Positions 1-9,028 of a stretch of DNA of 64,000 bases are shown here, piece after piece; position 1 is the stretch's first letter, and every line of letters begins with the position of its first letter. This stretch comes from Gammaproteobacteria bacterium. GTDB lineage: Bacteria > Pseudomonadota > Gammaproteobacteria > Arenicellales > Poriferihabitantaceae. The DNA is taken from NCBI GenBank assembly GCA_047639475.1, contig JBLIOD010000004.1, forward strand, positions 14,159-78,158, in the 5' to 3' direction. The translations under genes were made by a program, and so were the position numbers. Under the pieces are notes generated by a model. The model had not been told where the DNA came from. It saw only the letters and a list, made by a program, of their open reading frames with translations, and did no database searches.

Positions 1-270
1 ATCGGAGTAGGTGCTGGCCAGATGAGCCGCGTTAATTCTGCACGAATTGCCGGTATTAAAGCGGAACATGCCGGTTTGGCCGTGTCAGGTTCGGTGATGG
101 CTTCTGACGCATTTTTCCCTTTTAGAGACGGACTGGATAACGCGGCTGTAGCAGGCATCACAGCGGTTATTCAGCCGGGTGGCTCTATGCGCGATGAAGA
201 GGTAGTCAGCGCGGCAAACGAACACGATATCGCCATGGTTTATACTGGCATGAGACATTTTAGACACTAA
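1..270 (+). CDS. purH: Bifunctional AICAR transformylase/IMP cyclohydrolase, C-terminal part (5-prime end is outside the window)
   Basis: The frame is open from nt 1. The translation [17 protein letters not shown]...[12 protein letters not shown]...[11 protein letters not shown] matches the conserved PurH C-terminus. purD follows 15 nt downstream, as in the usual purHD operon. Confidence 0.9.
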   Translation: MGVGAGQMSRVNSARIAGIKAEHAGLAVSGSVMASDAFFPFRDGLDNAAVAGITAVIQPGGSMRDEEVVSAANEHDIAMVYTGMRHFRH

Positions 271-285
271 GACCTCAATCTATAG

Positions 286-1578
286 ATGAAAATTGTAATT
301 ATCGGCGAAGGCGGCAGAGAGCATGCTTTAGTGTGGAAAGTTGCCCAATCAAACTTGGTGACTGAAATTTTTGCCTTGCCGGGCAATGTGGGTACATCGT
401 TAGAACCTAAAACCCAAAATGTGCCCATTCAAGTAAGTGCAATTGCAGACATCGTCCAGTTTTGCGAGGAACGAAGTATTGATCTGTGTATTATTGGCCC
501 TGAAGTACCGTTAGTGCTAGGTCTCAGTGATGAACTGGACGCCAAGGGAATTAAGTGCTTTGGACCTTCGCAAGCGGCTTCGCAGTTAGAGGGTTCTAAG
601 GCCTTTTCGAAGGCCTTTCTCGAACGACATAGTATTCCAACAGCCGCATACGCCAATTTTAGCGATTTGACGAAAGCCAAAGCTTATGTGGAAAATCAGA
701 GCTTGCCTATTGTGATAAAGGCAGATGGACTTGCTGCAGGCAAAGGCGTGATTATTGCCCAGACTCAAGAAGCCGCTTTTACTGCGCTAGATGACATACT
801 GATAAATAATCAGTTTGGCGAAGCGGGTGCCAACGTGGTGGTCGAAGCGTTTCTTGAAGGTGAAGAAGCCAGTTTTATGTGTATTGCGGACGGTGAAAGC
901 GTGGTGCCATTGGCGACTAGTCAAGATCATAAAGCGGCCTATGATGGTGACTTGGGTCCAAACACTGGCGGCATGGGAGCCTATTCGCCAGCACCGATTG
1001 TCGACGATGAAATGCACAAGCGCATTATGCAAGCTATTATCGAGCCGACACTAGAAGGCCTAAAGGCGGAAGGTATGCCTTATGTTGGGTTTTTATATGC
1101 TGGCGTGATGATTAATGAGCAAGGTGAGCCGTGGGTATTAGAATTTAACTGTCGTATGGGGGACCCCGAAACGCAACCTATCATGATGCGCATGAAGTCT
1201 GATTTAGTGGCACACTGTCTTGCTGCGGTAAACGGAGATATCTCCGGCGAGCAACTTCAATGGCGCGAGGAAACAGCTTTGGGCGTGATATTGGCATCAG
1301 AAGGTTATCCAGGTGCTTATGAAGGTAACCAAACCATTCAAATTGATGCTGATGATAACCCTGATGTTAAATTATTCTATGCCGGTGTAAAAAAGCAAGG
1401 AAATGAAACAAAAACCAGTGGTGGACGAGTAATGTGTGCCTGTGCCCTTGGCGAAACGGTTCAAGAAGCACAAGCCAATGCCTACCAGCTTGTGGATAAA
1501 GTTTCTTGGAACGGTATGTGGCACCGAAATGACATAGGACACCGTGCTATCGCTAGAGAGATCGGCCGTGTTACATAA
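286..1578 (+). CDS. purD: Phosphoribosylamine-glycine ligase
   Basis: The 430 aa product has an ATP-grasp layout and motifs GGREHAL, VIKADGLAAGKGV and EFNCRMGDPETQ. It lies downstream of purH. Confidence 0.95.
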   Translation: MKIVIIGEGGREHALVWKVAQSNLVTEIFALPGNVGTSLEPKTQNVPIQVSAIADIVQFCEERSIDLCIIGPEVPLVLGLSDELDAKGIKCFGPSQAASQLEGSKAFSKAFLERHSIPTAAYANFSDLTKAKAYVENQSLPIVIKADGLAAGKGVIIAQTQEAAFTALDDILINNQFGEAGANVVVEAFLEGEEASFMCIADGESVVPLATSQDHKAAYDGDLGPNTGGMGAYSPAPIVDDEMHKRIMQAIIEPTLEGLKAEGMPYVGFLYAGVMINEQGEPWVLEFNCRMGDPETQPIMMRMKSDLVAHCLAAVNGDISGEQLQWREETALGVILASEGYPGAYEGNQTIQIDADDNPDVKLFYAGVKKQGNETKTSGGRVMCACALGETVQEAQANAYQLVDKVSWNGMWHRNDIGHRAIAREIGRVT

Positions 1579-1586
1579 AAACCAAA

Positions 1587-1952
1587 ATGTTATTTCATAG
1601 GATTGGAAAATACACGGTTTTTATCGTAAGTCTTGGTTTCATTACTTGGCAACTGCTAACGCCAGTGCCTGAAGTTCAGGTAGGGGGTAATGACAAACTC
1701 GTACATGCAGCCGCGTTTGCTTGGCTGAGTTTAACAACACATATGGCGTTTTATCGTCAGTATCGATATTGGATGATCATAGCGGTACTGTTATGTTCTT
1801 ATGGCTTAGCCACTGAAACTATTCAATATTTTGTGCCGGGCAGGTCATTCTCATGGCTTGATTGGGTAGCAGATTGTTTTGGCGTGTTGGTGGCTTATCC
1901 GTTGTTCATTTACATACTGGGTTTAGTGGGTTGCAAGTTTCAGCTAGATTAG
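1587..1952 (+). CDS. VanZ-like small membrane protein
   Basis: The 121 aa product has four hydrophobic segments. DKLVHAAAF and E..Q.F.PGRSFSWLDW..D are typical of the VanZ family. Confidence 0.55.
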   Translation: MLFHRIGKYTVFIVSLGFITWQLLTPVPEVQVGGNDKLVHAAAFAWLSLTTHMAFYRQYRYWMIIAVLLCSYGLATETIQYFVPGRSFSWLDWVADCFGVLVAYPLFIYILGLVGCKFQLD

Positions 1953-1954
1953 CG

Positions 1955-2524
1955 ATGGTTGCAGATTCCAATATTCACAAAGCGGCACTGATTTTAAAAG
2001 AAGGGGGCATAATCGCCTATCCCACAGAGTCATGTTATGGCTTTGGTTGCCTGCCTGACAATACTGCGGGTATTGAGCGCATACTTGCCATTAAAAATCG
2101 CAGCTGGCAAAAAGGATTGATCTTGGTTGCAGATGAACTAACCGCTTTTTCTAACTACATTTTACCCTTGGCGCAGATTGAGGCATCTGCACTTAAACGC
2201 GCTGAAGCTTCTTGGCCTGGACCATTCACTTGGTTGTTCCCGATTAACGCGGCTTGTTCTCCTTTACTAAAGGGTTCATTTGACACGCTTGCAGTCCGGC
2301 TTTCTGCGCATAAAATGGTTAGAAAGCTGAGTGAAGCTTGTTCATCTGCTATTGTTTCCACCAGTGCAAATAAGCAAGGTCAACCCGCGATGGTCAGTTA
2401 TGATCAGGTAATGACTGAATTTAATGATCAGCTGGACTACGTCTTAGAAGGTGATATTGGCGGCGACACTACTGCCAGTGAAATTAGAGATTTGCTAACC
2501 CAACAACTTATACGCGGAGCCTAG
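1955..2524 (+). CDS. tsaC: L-threonylcarbamoyladenylate synthase, YrdC/TsaC type
   Basis: The translation from ATG 1955 (MVADSNIHKAALILKEGGIIAYPTESCYGFGC...WPGPFTW...LAVRL...STSAN) is collinear with E. coli TsaC. The ORF-track start at 1862 overlaps the VanZ-like gene and lacks homology. Confidence 0.85.
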   Translation: MVADSNIHKAALILKEGGIIAYPTESCYGFGCLPDNTAGIERILAIKNRSWQKGLILVADELTAFSNYILPLAQIEASALKRAEASWPGPFTWLFPINAACSPLLKGSFDTLAVRLSAHKMVRKLSEACSSAIVSTSANKQGQPAMVSYDQVMTEFNDQLDYVLEGDIGGDTTASEIRDLLTQQLIRGA

Positions 2525-2528
2525 CGCA

Positions 2529-3482
2529 GTGTCTGACATAGATCTAAATCGAGTTAAGCATTATCTGATGTCTTTACAAGATACTTTGTGCGAGCGAGTG
2601 TCTCAACTAAATAATGGCCTGCCATTTCAAACTGACGAATGGCAAAACCACAGCGGGGGCGGCGGTCGAACGCGTGTGGTAGATGACTTGGATGAAGACA
2701 GAGCGCTCACTAGCGGTCACAACATTATTGAAAAGGGGGGGGTTAACTTTTCACATGTTTATGGTGATTCGTTGCCAGCTGCTGCCTCAGCCAAACGCCC
2801 TGAAATTGCTGGCAAACCTTTTCAGGCGATGGGCGTCTCCAGCGTCATTCATCCCACCAATCCGTTTGCTCCCACAGCCCATATGAATGTGCGCTTTTTT
2901 GTGGCGGACTATGATTCTAGTAATCCAGTTTGGTGGTTTGGTGGTGGTTACGACTTAACGCCTTATTACCCCGTTGATGCAGACATCTTGCATTGGCATA
3001 AAACGGCTAAAGCGGCATGTGACCAATTTGATAGTGAGTACTATGCAAAATATAAAGCTTGGTGTGATGAATATTTTTATTTGAAGCACCGAAAGGAAAC
3101 CCGTGGAGTAGGGGGCTTGTTTTTTGACGACTTTACCGAAGGAGGTTTTGAGCAGGCATTTGGCTTTATGCAAAATGTCGGCAATAGCTTTGGAGATGCT
3201 TATCTACCCATTGTTGAGCGCAATAAAGATCGTGCGTTTACTGATGAACAAAAAGCATTCCAGTCTTATCGCCGAGGGCGTTATGTCGAATTCAATCTTA
3301 TTTATGACCGAGGCACCATCTTTGGCTTGCAAGCCGGTGGGCGAATCGAATCTATATTGATGTCTTTACCGGCTAATGTTAGTTGGAAATACGCTTGGCA
3401 AGCGACACCGGGCACCGCTGAAAAGCAACTCACAGATTATTACCTTAAGCCGCAAGACTGGTTAGGCTTATTGGCTAAATGA
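2529..3482 (+). CDS. hemF: Oxygen-dependent coproporphyrinogen III oxidase
   Basis: GTG start, 317 aa. Motifs are GGGGRTRV, EKGGVNFSHV, HPTNPFAPTAHMNVRFF, WWFGGGYDLTPYY, RRGRYVEFNLIYDRGT.FGL and SLP..V.W. Confidence 0.93.
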   Translation: MSDIDLNRVKHYLMSLQDTLCERVSQLNNGLPFQTDEWQNHSGGGGRTRVVDDLDEDRALTSGHNIIEKGGVNFSHVYGDSLPAAASAKRPEIAGKPFQAMGVSSVIHPTNPFAPTAHMNVRFFVADYDSSNPVWWFGGGYDLTPYYPVDADILHWHKTAKAACDQFDSEYYAKYKAWCDEYFYLKHRKETRGVGGLFFDDFTEGGFEQAFGFMQNVGNSFGDAYLPIVERNKDRAFTDEQKAFQSYRRGRYVEFNLIYDRGTIFGLQAGGRIESILMSLPANVSWKYAWQATPGTAEKQLTDYYLKPQDWLGLLAK

Positions 3483-3492
3483 ACGGGTTATA

Positions 3493-4761
3493 GTGATCTG
3501 GCTTTATCGACTCATTTTGTTTCTGGCGCCGCCATTCACCCTGGTAAGGTTGTGGACTGGGTCGCGTAAAAACCCAGAATACGCCAAGCGTTTGATAGAA
3601 CGAACAGGGCGGTTACCCACCACGCCTAAAGCAGGGTGCATTTGGGTTCACGCTGTGTCAGTGGGTGAATCAATAGCCGCGACACCGCTTATCACTGCTT
3701 TGCTTGAGAAATACCCAGAGCAGGAGTTGCTTGTTACTTGCACTACCCCAACGGGTTCGCAGACTATTCAAAAAGCTTTTGGTGGCCGAGTGCACCACAG
3801 CTACTTTCCCTACGACTATCAATGGTTCGTAAATCGATTTTTAAAGCAAGCACAGCCCAAGATGCTGATCTTAATGGAGACTGAGCTGTGGCCCAATATG
3901 TTGATGGCTTGTCATCGGCGCGGCGTCAAAACGGCGATCGTTAATCTACGTCTGAGTGACAAGTCCTTTAAACTCTATAAGCGGTTAAGTTACCTGCTCA
4001 AGCCGATACTCAAGCACGTCGATGTTTTTTCGGCTCAAACTGAAGTGGATGGCCAACGTATAGTTCAAATGGGGGCGGCGACTGAATCAGTTTCCGTAAC
4101 AGGTAATTTGAAGTACGATAATGTTGATTCAATTGTTGAAAAAGGCGATGATTTGGTCTCTCAGCTTGATATTAGCAATCGCATGGTATGGTGCGCAGGC
4201 AGCACTCACCAAGGTGAAGATGAAATGGTATTGACAGCGCACCGCGCTTTACTGCAACAGATACCCGGCGCCTTACTCGTTATCGCGCCGAGACATCCGG
4301 AGCGTTTTACTGATGTCAGTTTACTTTCAGAGTCTAGGTTCATAACGCAGCGATGGTCAAACCTTGTCAACAATGATCAGCCTGCTGAAGCAACCGAAGT
4401 GCTCATTCTGGATACCATTGGGGATTTGAAACAGTTTATAGCCCTGTCTAACTTTTGTTTTATCGGGGGCAGTTTGGTTAATGTCGGAGGGCATAATGTT
4501 TTAGAAGCTTGTGGTGTGGGGGTGCCCGTATTATTTGGGCCCTATATGCAAAATTTTAAGCAAATCGCTGAGAAAGTCGTGCAATCTGATTCGGGAGTTC
4601 AAGTACTGAGTGAGGAGGAGTTAATCACTAAGGTAGCCTATTTGGCGAGTAATGCAGCGCTGAGGCAGGCAATGGCTGTAAACGGTGTCGCCTTGATACA
4701 GAGAAATCGAGGTGCCTTGAAAAGAACCCTCAAGCTAGTTCATGATCTAAATAGTGGCTAG
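3493..4761 (+). CDS. waaA: 3-deoxy-D-manno-octulosonic acid (Kdo) transferase
   Basis: 422 aa with an N-terminal membrane anchor. Motifs WVHAVSVGE, ETELWPN and IGGSLVNVGGHNVLEA are typical of WaaA/KdtA. Confidence 0.9.
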   Translation: MIWLYRLILFLAPPFTLVRLWTGSRKNPEYAKRLIERTGRLPTTPKAGCIWVHAVSVGESIAATPLITALLEKYPEQELLVTCTTPTGSQTIQKAFGGRVHHSYFPYDYQWFVNRFLKQAQPKMLILMETELWPNMLMACHRRGVKTAIVNLRLSDKSFKLYKRLSYLLKPILKHVDVFSAQTEVDGQRIVQMGAATESVSVTGNLKYDNVDSIVEKGDDLVSQLDISNRMVWCAGSTHQGEDEMVLTAHRALLQQIPGALLVIAPRHPERFTDVSLLSESRFITQRWSNLVNNDQPAEATEVLILDTIGDLKQFIALSNFCFIGGSLVNVGGHNVLEACGVGVPVLFGPYMQNFKQIAEKVVQSDSGVQVLSEEELITKVAYLASNAALRQAMAVNGVALIQRNRGALKRTLKLVHDLNSG

Positions 4762-4773
4762 ATTTTCGACAGC

Positions 4774-5994
4774 TTAAGCCGATGGCTTTTTTATAAGAGA
4801 CATCGAAAATAGACAAATCAATAGCCCCAACCCTCCTGTAGTAAGCGCGACTTGAAGTAGGGTGGATAGGCTAAGCCAGTCGAGAGTTTGGGTTGTTGGA
4901 ATGAGCTTGGATAATCCGATTAAACCAATTGAAAACACCAGTCTAGCGCTCAAGCTTTGCAGCGATAAATAGGTTGCCCGTATATCACTGCTTATAAAAG
5001 GCGCGATTGTTGCGTTGACGGGAGCGTGGGTGAGCGCCATGGGGAAGTTGCGAAAGATAACGGTAAAAATCAACAGGCTACTGAGTACGAAGGCTAGGCT
5101 ACTAATGATGATTAGCTGAGCGCTCATGGCGAGCATAAGCAATGTTTTAACGCCAAACCGGTCTGATAATCTAACGCTGTACGCTGCCCCCAGCGTACCG
5201 CCGAACATGGATATTGCAATGATGATGCCCGAAATCAAAGGAGAGCTTTCTTGCTGCAGCCATTGAATGTTTAGGAGCTTGATATAGGGCTGATAAAATT
5301 CATAGGCTATATGCTCCATGCAGTACATCAAAACCATTACGCCGAATATCCATGCGAGCACAGGGGTTCGCAAGTGTTTCACGCAAGTTATTAAGGTAGC
5401 GCTGAAGGAGTATGGGGCGTTTAATTTAGTCTCAATGCTCGCTGGTTCAACAAATTGTAAAGCCAGTAGCAGCATCCAACCTGCGCCCATCAGGGATAGC
5501 CCGTATGCCAGCTGTAAATTTACTAAGCCGAGTAGTCCGCCGAGCAAACAGGAGATCGCCAGCGCTGCAAAGCCGTACTGTTGGCCTTTGGCCTCATGGT
5601 CGGCGTAGTTGTCCTGTTGCTTGAGGTTGAGTAATGAATCGTATAGTAGAGCGGTATCTGTGCCCGACATCATAGCCATCCCTAAGGCTAATAGCGTTTG
5701 CCCGATAAGTAATCCCTCGAAGTCGCTGGCAAAAATGAAGGCTAGATAAGCGCTAATAAAAGCGAAGGAAGAAATAACCAATGTTATGCGCCGGCCAACG
5801 CGATCAGAAAAATAGCCTGAAGGTACCTCGAACAAACAGACACAAAAGTAGTAGATGGCGCCTAGTTGTATGACTTCAGAAAGTGAAACATACTGACTAA
5901 AATATAAGAAGAATATCGGCAACCACGCCATGATGCTGGACGCGGCTTGAAACCAGGGATAACGCTCGATATTATGTTGGATAGAGCGTTGCAC
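4774..5994 (-). CDS. MFS transporter
   Basis: 406 aa with about 12 predicted hydrophobic helices and the MFS loop motif SDRVGRR. It starts directly after the stop of the upstream SpeE-like gene. Confidence 0.8.
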   Translation of the reverse strand: MQRSIQHNIERYPWFQAASSIMAWLPIFFLYFSQYVSLSEVIQLGAIYYFCVCLFEVPSGYFSDRVGRRITLVISSFAFISAYLAFIFASDFEGLLIGQTLLALGMAMMSGTDTALLYDSLLNLKQQDNYADHEAKGQQYGFAALAISCLLGGLLGLVNLQLAYGLSLMGAGWMLLLALQFVEPASIETKLNAPYSFSATLITCVKHLRTPVLAWIFGVMVLMYCMEHIAYEFYQPYIKLLNIQWLQQESSPLISGIIIAISMFGGTLGAAYSVRLSDRFGVKTLLMLAMSAQLIIISSLAFVLSSLLIFTVIFRNFPMALTHAPVNATIAPFISSDIRATYLSLQSLSARLVFSIGLIGLSKLIPTTQTLDWLSLSTLLQVALTTGGLGLLICLFSMSLIKKPSA

Positions 5995-6714
5995 CTAAAG
6001 TTTAGCTAAGTACACGCTGTTGGTGGATTCTTGCTCTCTAAACGGATTTGGGAAACTAACAATGTGTGAGCTAATTGAATTGAAGACACTGCCAAGTAAG
6101 TCCTCGAATGATTTATCAGGTGGGTCATTTGACCATAGCCCAAATAGGCCGCCAGGCTTGAGTTTGTCAGCCATCGCTTGTAAAGACGCTTCGGTATAAA
6201 ACTGACTATTTTCTTCATTTAGCCAATGGCTGGGCGAATGATCGATATCTAGCAATATGGCATCAACCAATCGGTCTGGTTGCTCGGGATAAAAGCCGCA
6301 GTCTGATTGAGTGGCGATGGCAAAAAAATCGCCTAAGCGCAATTCGCAACGCGGATCTTGGCTGAGCGTTTCACCGAGTGGTACCAAACAGTTGTTATGC
6401 CAGTCGATGACAGGCTGCATAACATCTATCACAGTCAGTGAAGTGACTTGATCATCTTCCAAAGCAGCGGCGGCGGTGTAGCCGAGGCCCAAGCCGCCAA
6501 CAATAATTTCTAGTTTATCTCCTTCAAGCTCGAGTAACGCTAGCTTGGATAATTGGATTTCAGCTTCGGTAAACAAGCTCGACATCAAGAATTCGTCGCC
6601 TAGTTTAACTTCATACAGTATTTTCCCGTTCAACCTAGGCTCAGCGCGCATTCTTAGGCTGATGTCACCTAGTGGAGTAGATTGAAAATCAAGCTCTTTG
6701 ATATTGAATGTCAT
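5995..6714 (-). CDS. Spermidine-synthase-like SAM-dependent transferase
   Basis: 239 aa with a Rossmann GGLGLGYTAAAAL motif, an acidic DID..HSP box and a KPGG motif, as in the spermine/spermidine synthase family. In some bacteria this family occurs fused to MFS domains. Confidence 0.65.
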   Translation of the reverse strand: MTFNIKELDFQSTPLGDISLRMRAEPRLNGKILYEVKLGDEFLMSSLFTEAEIQLSKLALLELEGDKLEIIVGGLGLGYTAAAALEDDQVTSLTVIDVMQPVIDWHNNCLVPLGETLSQDPRCELRLGDFFAIATQSDCGFYPEQPDRLVDAILLDIDHSPSHWLNEENSQFYTEASLQAMADKLKPGGLFGLWSNDPPDKSFEDLLGSVFNSISSHIVSFPNPFREQESTNSVYLAKL

Positions 6715-6749
6715 GCTAGTTTTATGAGGTTGGGTTTATGAGGCTGGCT

Positions 6750-7283
6750 TTATGAAGTTAAGTCAGTCCAATTGATTTCGCAAGCACCAGCACCGGTAGC
6801 AAACAGAGCACTGTCCTCAGAAAGGGTCAACGAGGCATCGCAAGTCCGCTCTGCCAACACGGCCAAGTCTTGCATCTGCGAATAGGCTAGTTGCCGCACA
6901 TTTACGCCATGCTTGATAACGCTTCGCTGATTTTGTTGCCACCAAGCGTCCGATTTTGTATTGAAAGTGTAAACCCATGTTTGTTTTGCCTTGCGTGATG
7001 CTTTCTTTATGCGGTCGGCAGTGGGTTCACCGACATCTATCCAGAGATCAATCAATCCGTCTAAAGTTTGTGCCCATAGATCAGGCTCTTCAGGCTCGTA
7101 CAAACCTTTGGTGAAGGTGATATTTTGTCGTGCGTTAAAGCAAAAGGCTAACACCCTGACCATCATGCGTTCGATGGTTTCTGAGGGGTGTAGCGCAACG
7201 GTCAAATTTAGATTGTCGTAATAATTGTTGTCTAGGTCAGACAAGGCAATTTTGAATTTGTAAATAGTAGGTTTGGCAGCCAT
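6750..7283 (-). CDS. yaeQ: YaeQ family protein
   Basis: 177 aa. The N-terminus MAAKPTIYKFKIALSDLDNNYYDNLNLTVALHPSET.ERMMVRVLAFC is characteristic of YaeQ. Confidence 0.85.
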   Translation of the reverse strand: MAAKPTIYKFKIALSDLDNNYYDNLNLTVALHPSETIERMMVRVLAFCFNARQNITFTKGLYEPEEPDLWAQTLDGLIDLWIDVGEPTADRIKKASRKAKQTWVYTFNTKSDAWWQQNQRSVIKHGVNVRQLAYSQMQDLAVLAERTCDASLTLSEDSALFATGAGACEINWTDLTS

Positions 7284-7284
7284 G

Positions 7285-8850
7285 TTATTTCCATTTTGGC
7301 GTAAATACTTCAGGCCGTGGGTAGCGTGATTTCACATCAAAATCGCTGAGTTCTAGATGGCTACGAGTGTACTGTTCGCTAGGGTCAGGTCTCGGGTCGT
7401 AATCCCATGACGTGTATTTTCCGATTCGTAGCGCGGCGTGTAACGTACGCCGTTTATATTGCGAGTGAACAACTTGCTCGAATACGACATCGGTATCCCA
7501 ATGGTCGGTGACTTGTTTTCGAAAGTCGGCTACTTGATCACCATAACTATCTTGCGCGGCAAGATTGATCAGTTCGTTGGGGTCGGCACCTAAGTCGTAA
7601 AGTAACTCATCATCAGCGGGACAATGAATATATTTCAGATTGCCTTGGCGAATCATCAGCATCGGCGCACAAGAGCCTTCTGCAAGGTATTCGCTAACGC
7701 AGCGATTTGGGTCTTGGGCTGTTTCCCCATGACACAAACCTACTAATGACCGACCAGAAAGTGGGTCAATAGGGGTGGGTGATGATGCGCCAGTTTTAAG
7801 CGCTGCTAGCTCCACCAAAGTGGGCAATACATCCACTTGCGCAACGGGTTGCCTAACGCGTGAGGCTTTAAATCGATTGGGTTGCCAAATAATTAGCGGT
7901 ATGCGGTTAGACCATTCAAGAAACGACATTTTGTACCATAAACCGCGTTCACCCAACATGTCGCCGTGATCGGAGACGATCATGATAGTGGTGTCTTCTA
8001 GCATCTCGCACTCTTCTAGCGTGCCGATCAACTTTCCAACCCATTCGTCAACGTAGGATATATTGGCGTAGTAAGCGCGGCGTGCACGGCGAATTTCTTC
8101 GTCGCTTATGTCTACTGCATCTAGCGCAATTACTTTTTCTAATCGAAGGCTGTGACTATCATTTTCTTCTTTGGAGGGTCTGGCCACAGTGGGCAATTCA
8201 ATTTCTTCGTCTTCATATAGATCCCAATGTTTTTTACGGCAAGCATAAGGGTCGTGCGGGTGAATAAAGCTCGCAACTAAACATAAAGGTCGTTCGTCAG
8301 TAGTGCGCGCATGGTTGTATATGGCCTGTACTGATTGAGCACCCACGTCATCGTCGTAAGTTAATTGATTTGTAATAGCCGCCACGCCCGCTTGTTTAAC
8401 GCTAGACATGTTGTGATACCACAAGTCGATGCGTTCATCTGGGTTGGTCCAGTCTGGCATCCAGCCGAAATCCGCGGGATAGACATCTGTGGTTAAGCGC
8501 TCTTCAAAGCCATGTAATTGATCAGAGCCAACAAAGTGCATTTTCCCGGCCAAACAAGTTCGATAGCCCATCATGCGTAAATAATGTGCAAAAGTTGGCA
8601 TAGTAGACGGCATATATGCTGCATTATCATAACCGCCGCTTTGTGAAATGTTCTGGCCTGTCATAAACGCATAACGAGCTGGTGTGCACAGCGGGCTGCT
8701 GGAATAGGCCGCATCAAAGGTGACACCTTCCCGCGCTAAACGATCGATATTAGGGCTCTTTACCACCGGATGCCCGTAACAACCTAAGGCTTTAGCGGTA
8801 AGTTGATCCGCCATGATAACGACTATATTTTGCTGTTTATTTGAAGACAT
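7285..8850 (-). CDS. betC: Choline-sulfatase
   Basis: 521 aa with the sulfatase signature SPLCTPARYAFMTGQ. It is collinear with rhizobial BetC: LHGFEERLTTDVYPADFGW, HPHDPY, RRARRAYYANISYVD, SDHGDMLGERGLWYKM and a C-terminal KSRYPRPE. Confidence 0.85.
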   Translation of the reverse strand: MSSNKQQNIVVIMADQLTAKALGCYGHPVVKSPNIDRLAREGVTFDAAYSSSPLCTPARYAFMTGQNISQSGGYDNAAYMPSTMPTFAHYLRMMGYRTCLAGKMHFVGSDQLHGFEERLTTDVYPADFGWMPDWTNPDERIDLWYHNMSSVKQAGVAAITNQLTYDDDVGAQSVQAIYNHARTTDERPLCLVASFIHPHDPYACRKKHWDLYEDEEIELPTVARPSKEENDSHSLRLEKVIALDAVDISDEEIRRARRAYYANISYVDEWVGKLIGTLEECEMLEDTTIMIVSDHGDMLGERGLWYKMSFLEWSNRIPLIIWQPNRFKASRVRQPVAQVDVLPTLVELAALKTGASSPTPIDPLSGRSLVGLCHGETAQDPNRCVSEYLAEGSCAPMLMIRQGNLKYIHCPADDELLYDLGADPNELINLAAQDSYGDQVADFRKQVTDHWDTDVVFEQVVHSQYKRRTLHAALRIGKYTSWDYDPRPDPSEQYTRSHLELSDFDVKSRYPRPEVFTPKWK

Positions 8851-9028
8851 AATGCTTGCTGCTTATTGGCTGTTTTAGGGTGCATGAAGCGGTAAAAATT
8901 TCTGTGTAGGAGCATACACATTGCAAGCCTTCTAAACAATCGTCCAGTCGTCAAACAGTCGTCAATCAACTGATATCAGGGTCGATTGCGACTGGTAACT
9001 ACGAACCATCGTCAGGTAATATTGGCAA

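Noticed and set aside
1862-1954. N-terminal extension of tsaC in the ORF track, and similarly 50297..50404 for dnaB.
   Set aside because: The extensions overlap the preceding genes and have no homology. Homology to TsaC and DnaB begins exactly at the internal ATGs 1955 and 50405.
2744-2751. A G8 homopolymer inside hemF, and T8 runs at 27128-27135 and 29236-29243, considered as possible slippage sites.
   Set aside because: All three are read through in frame, with homology maintained on both sides. Unlike the T7 in argO, there is no evidence of a frameshift.
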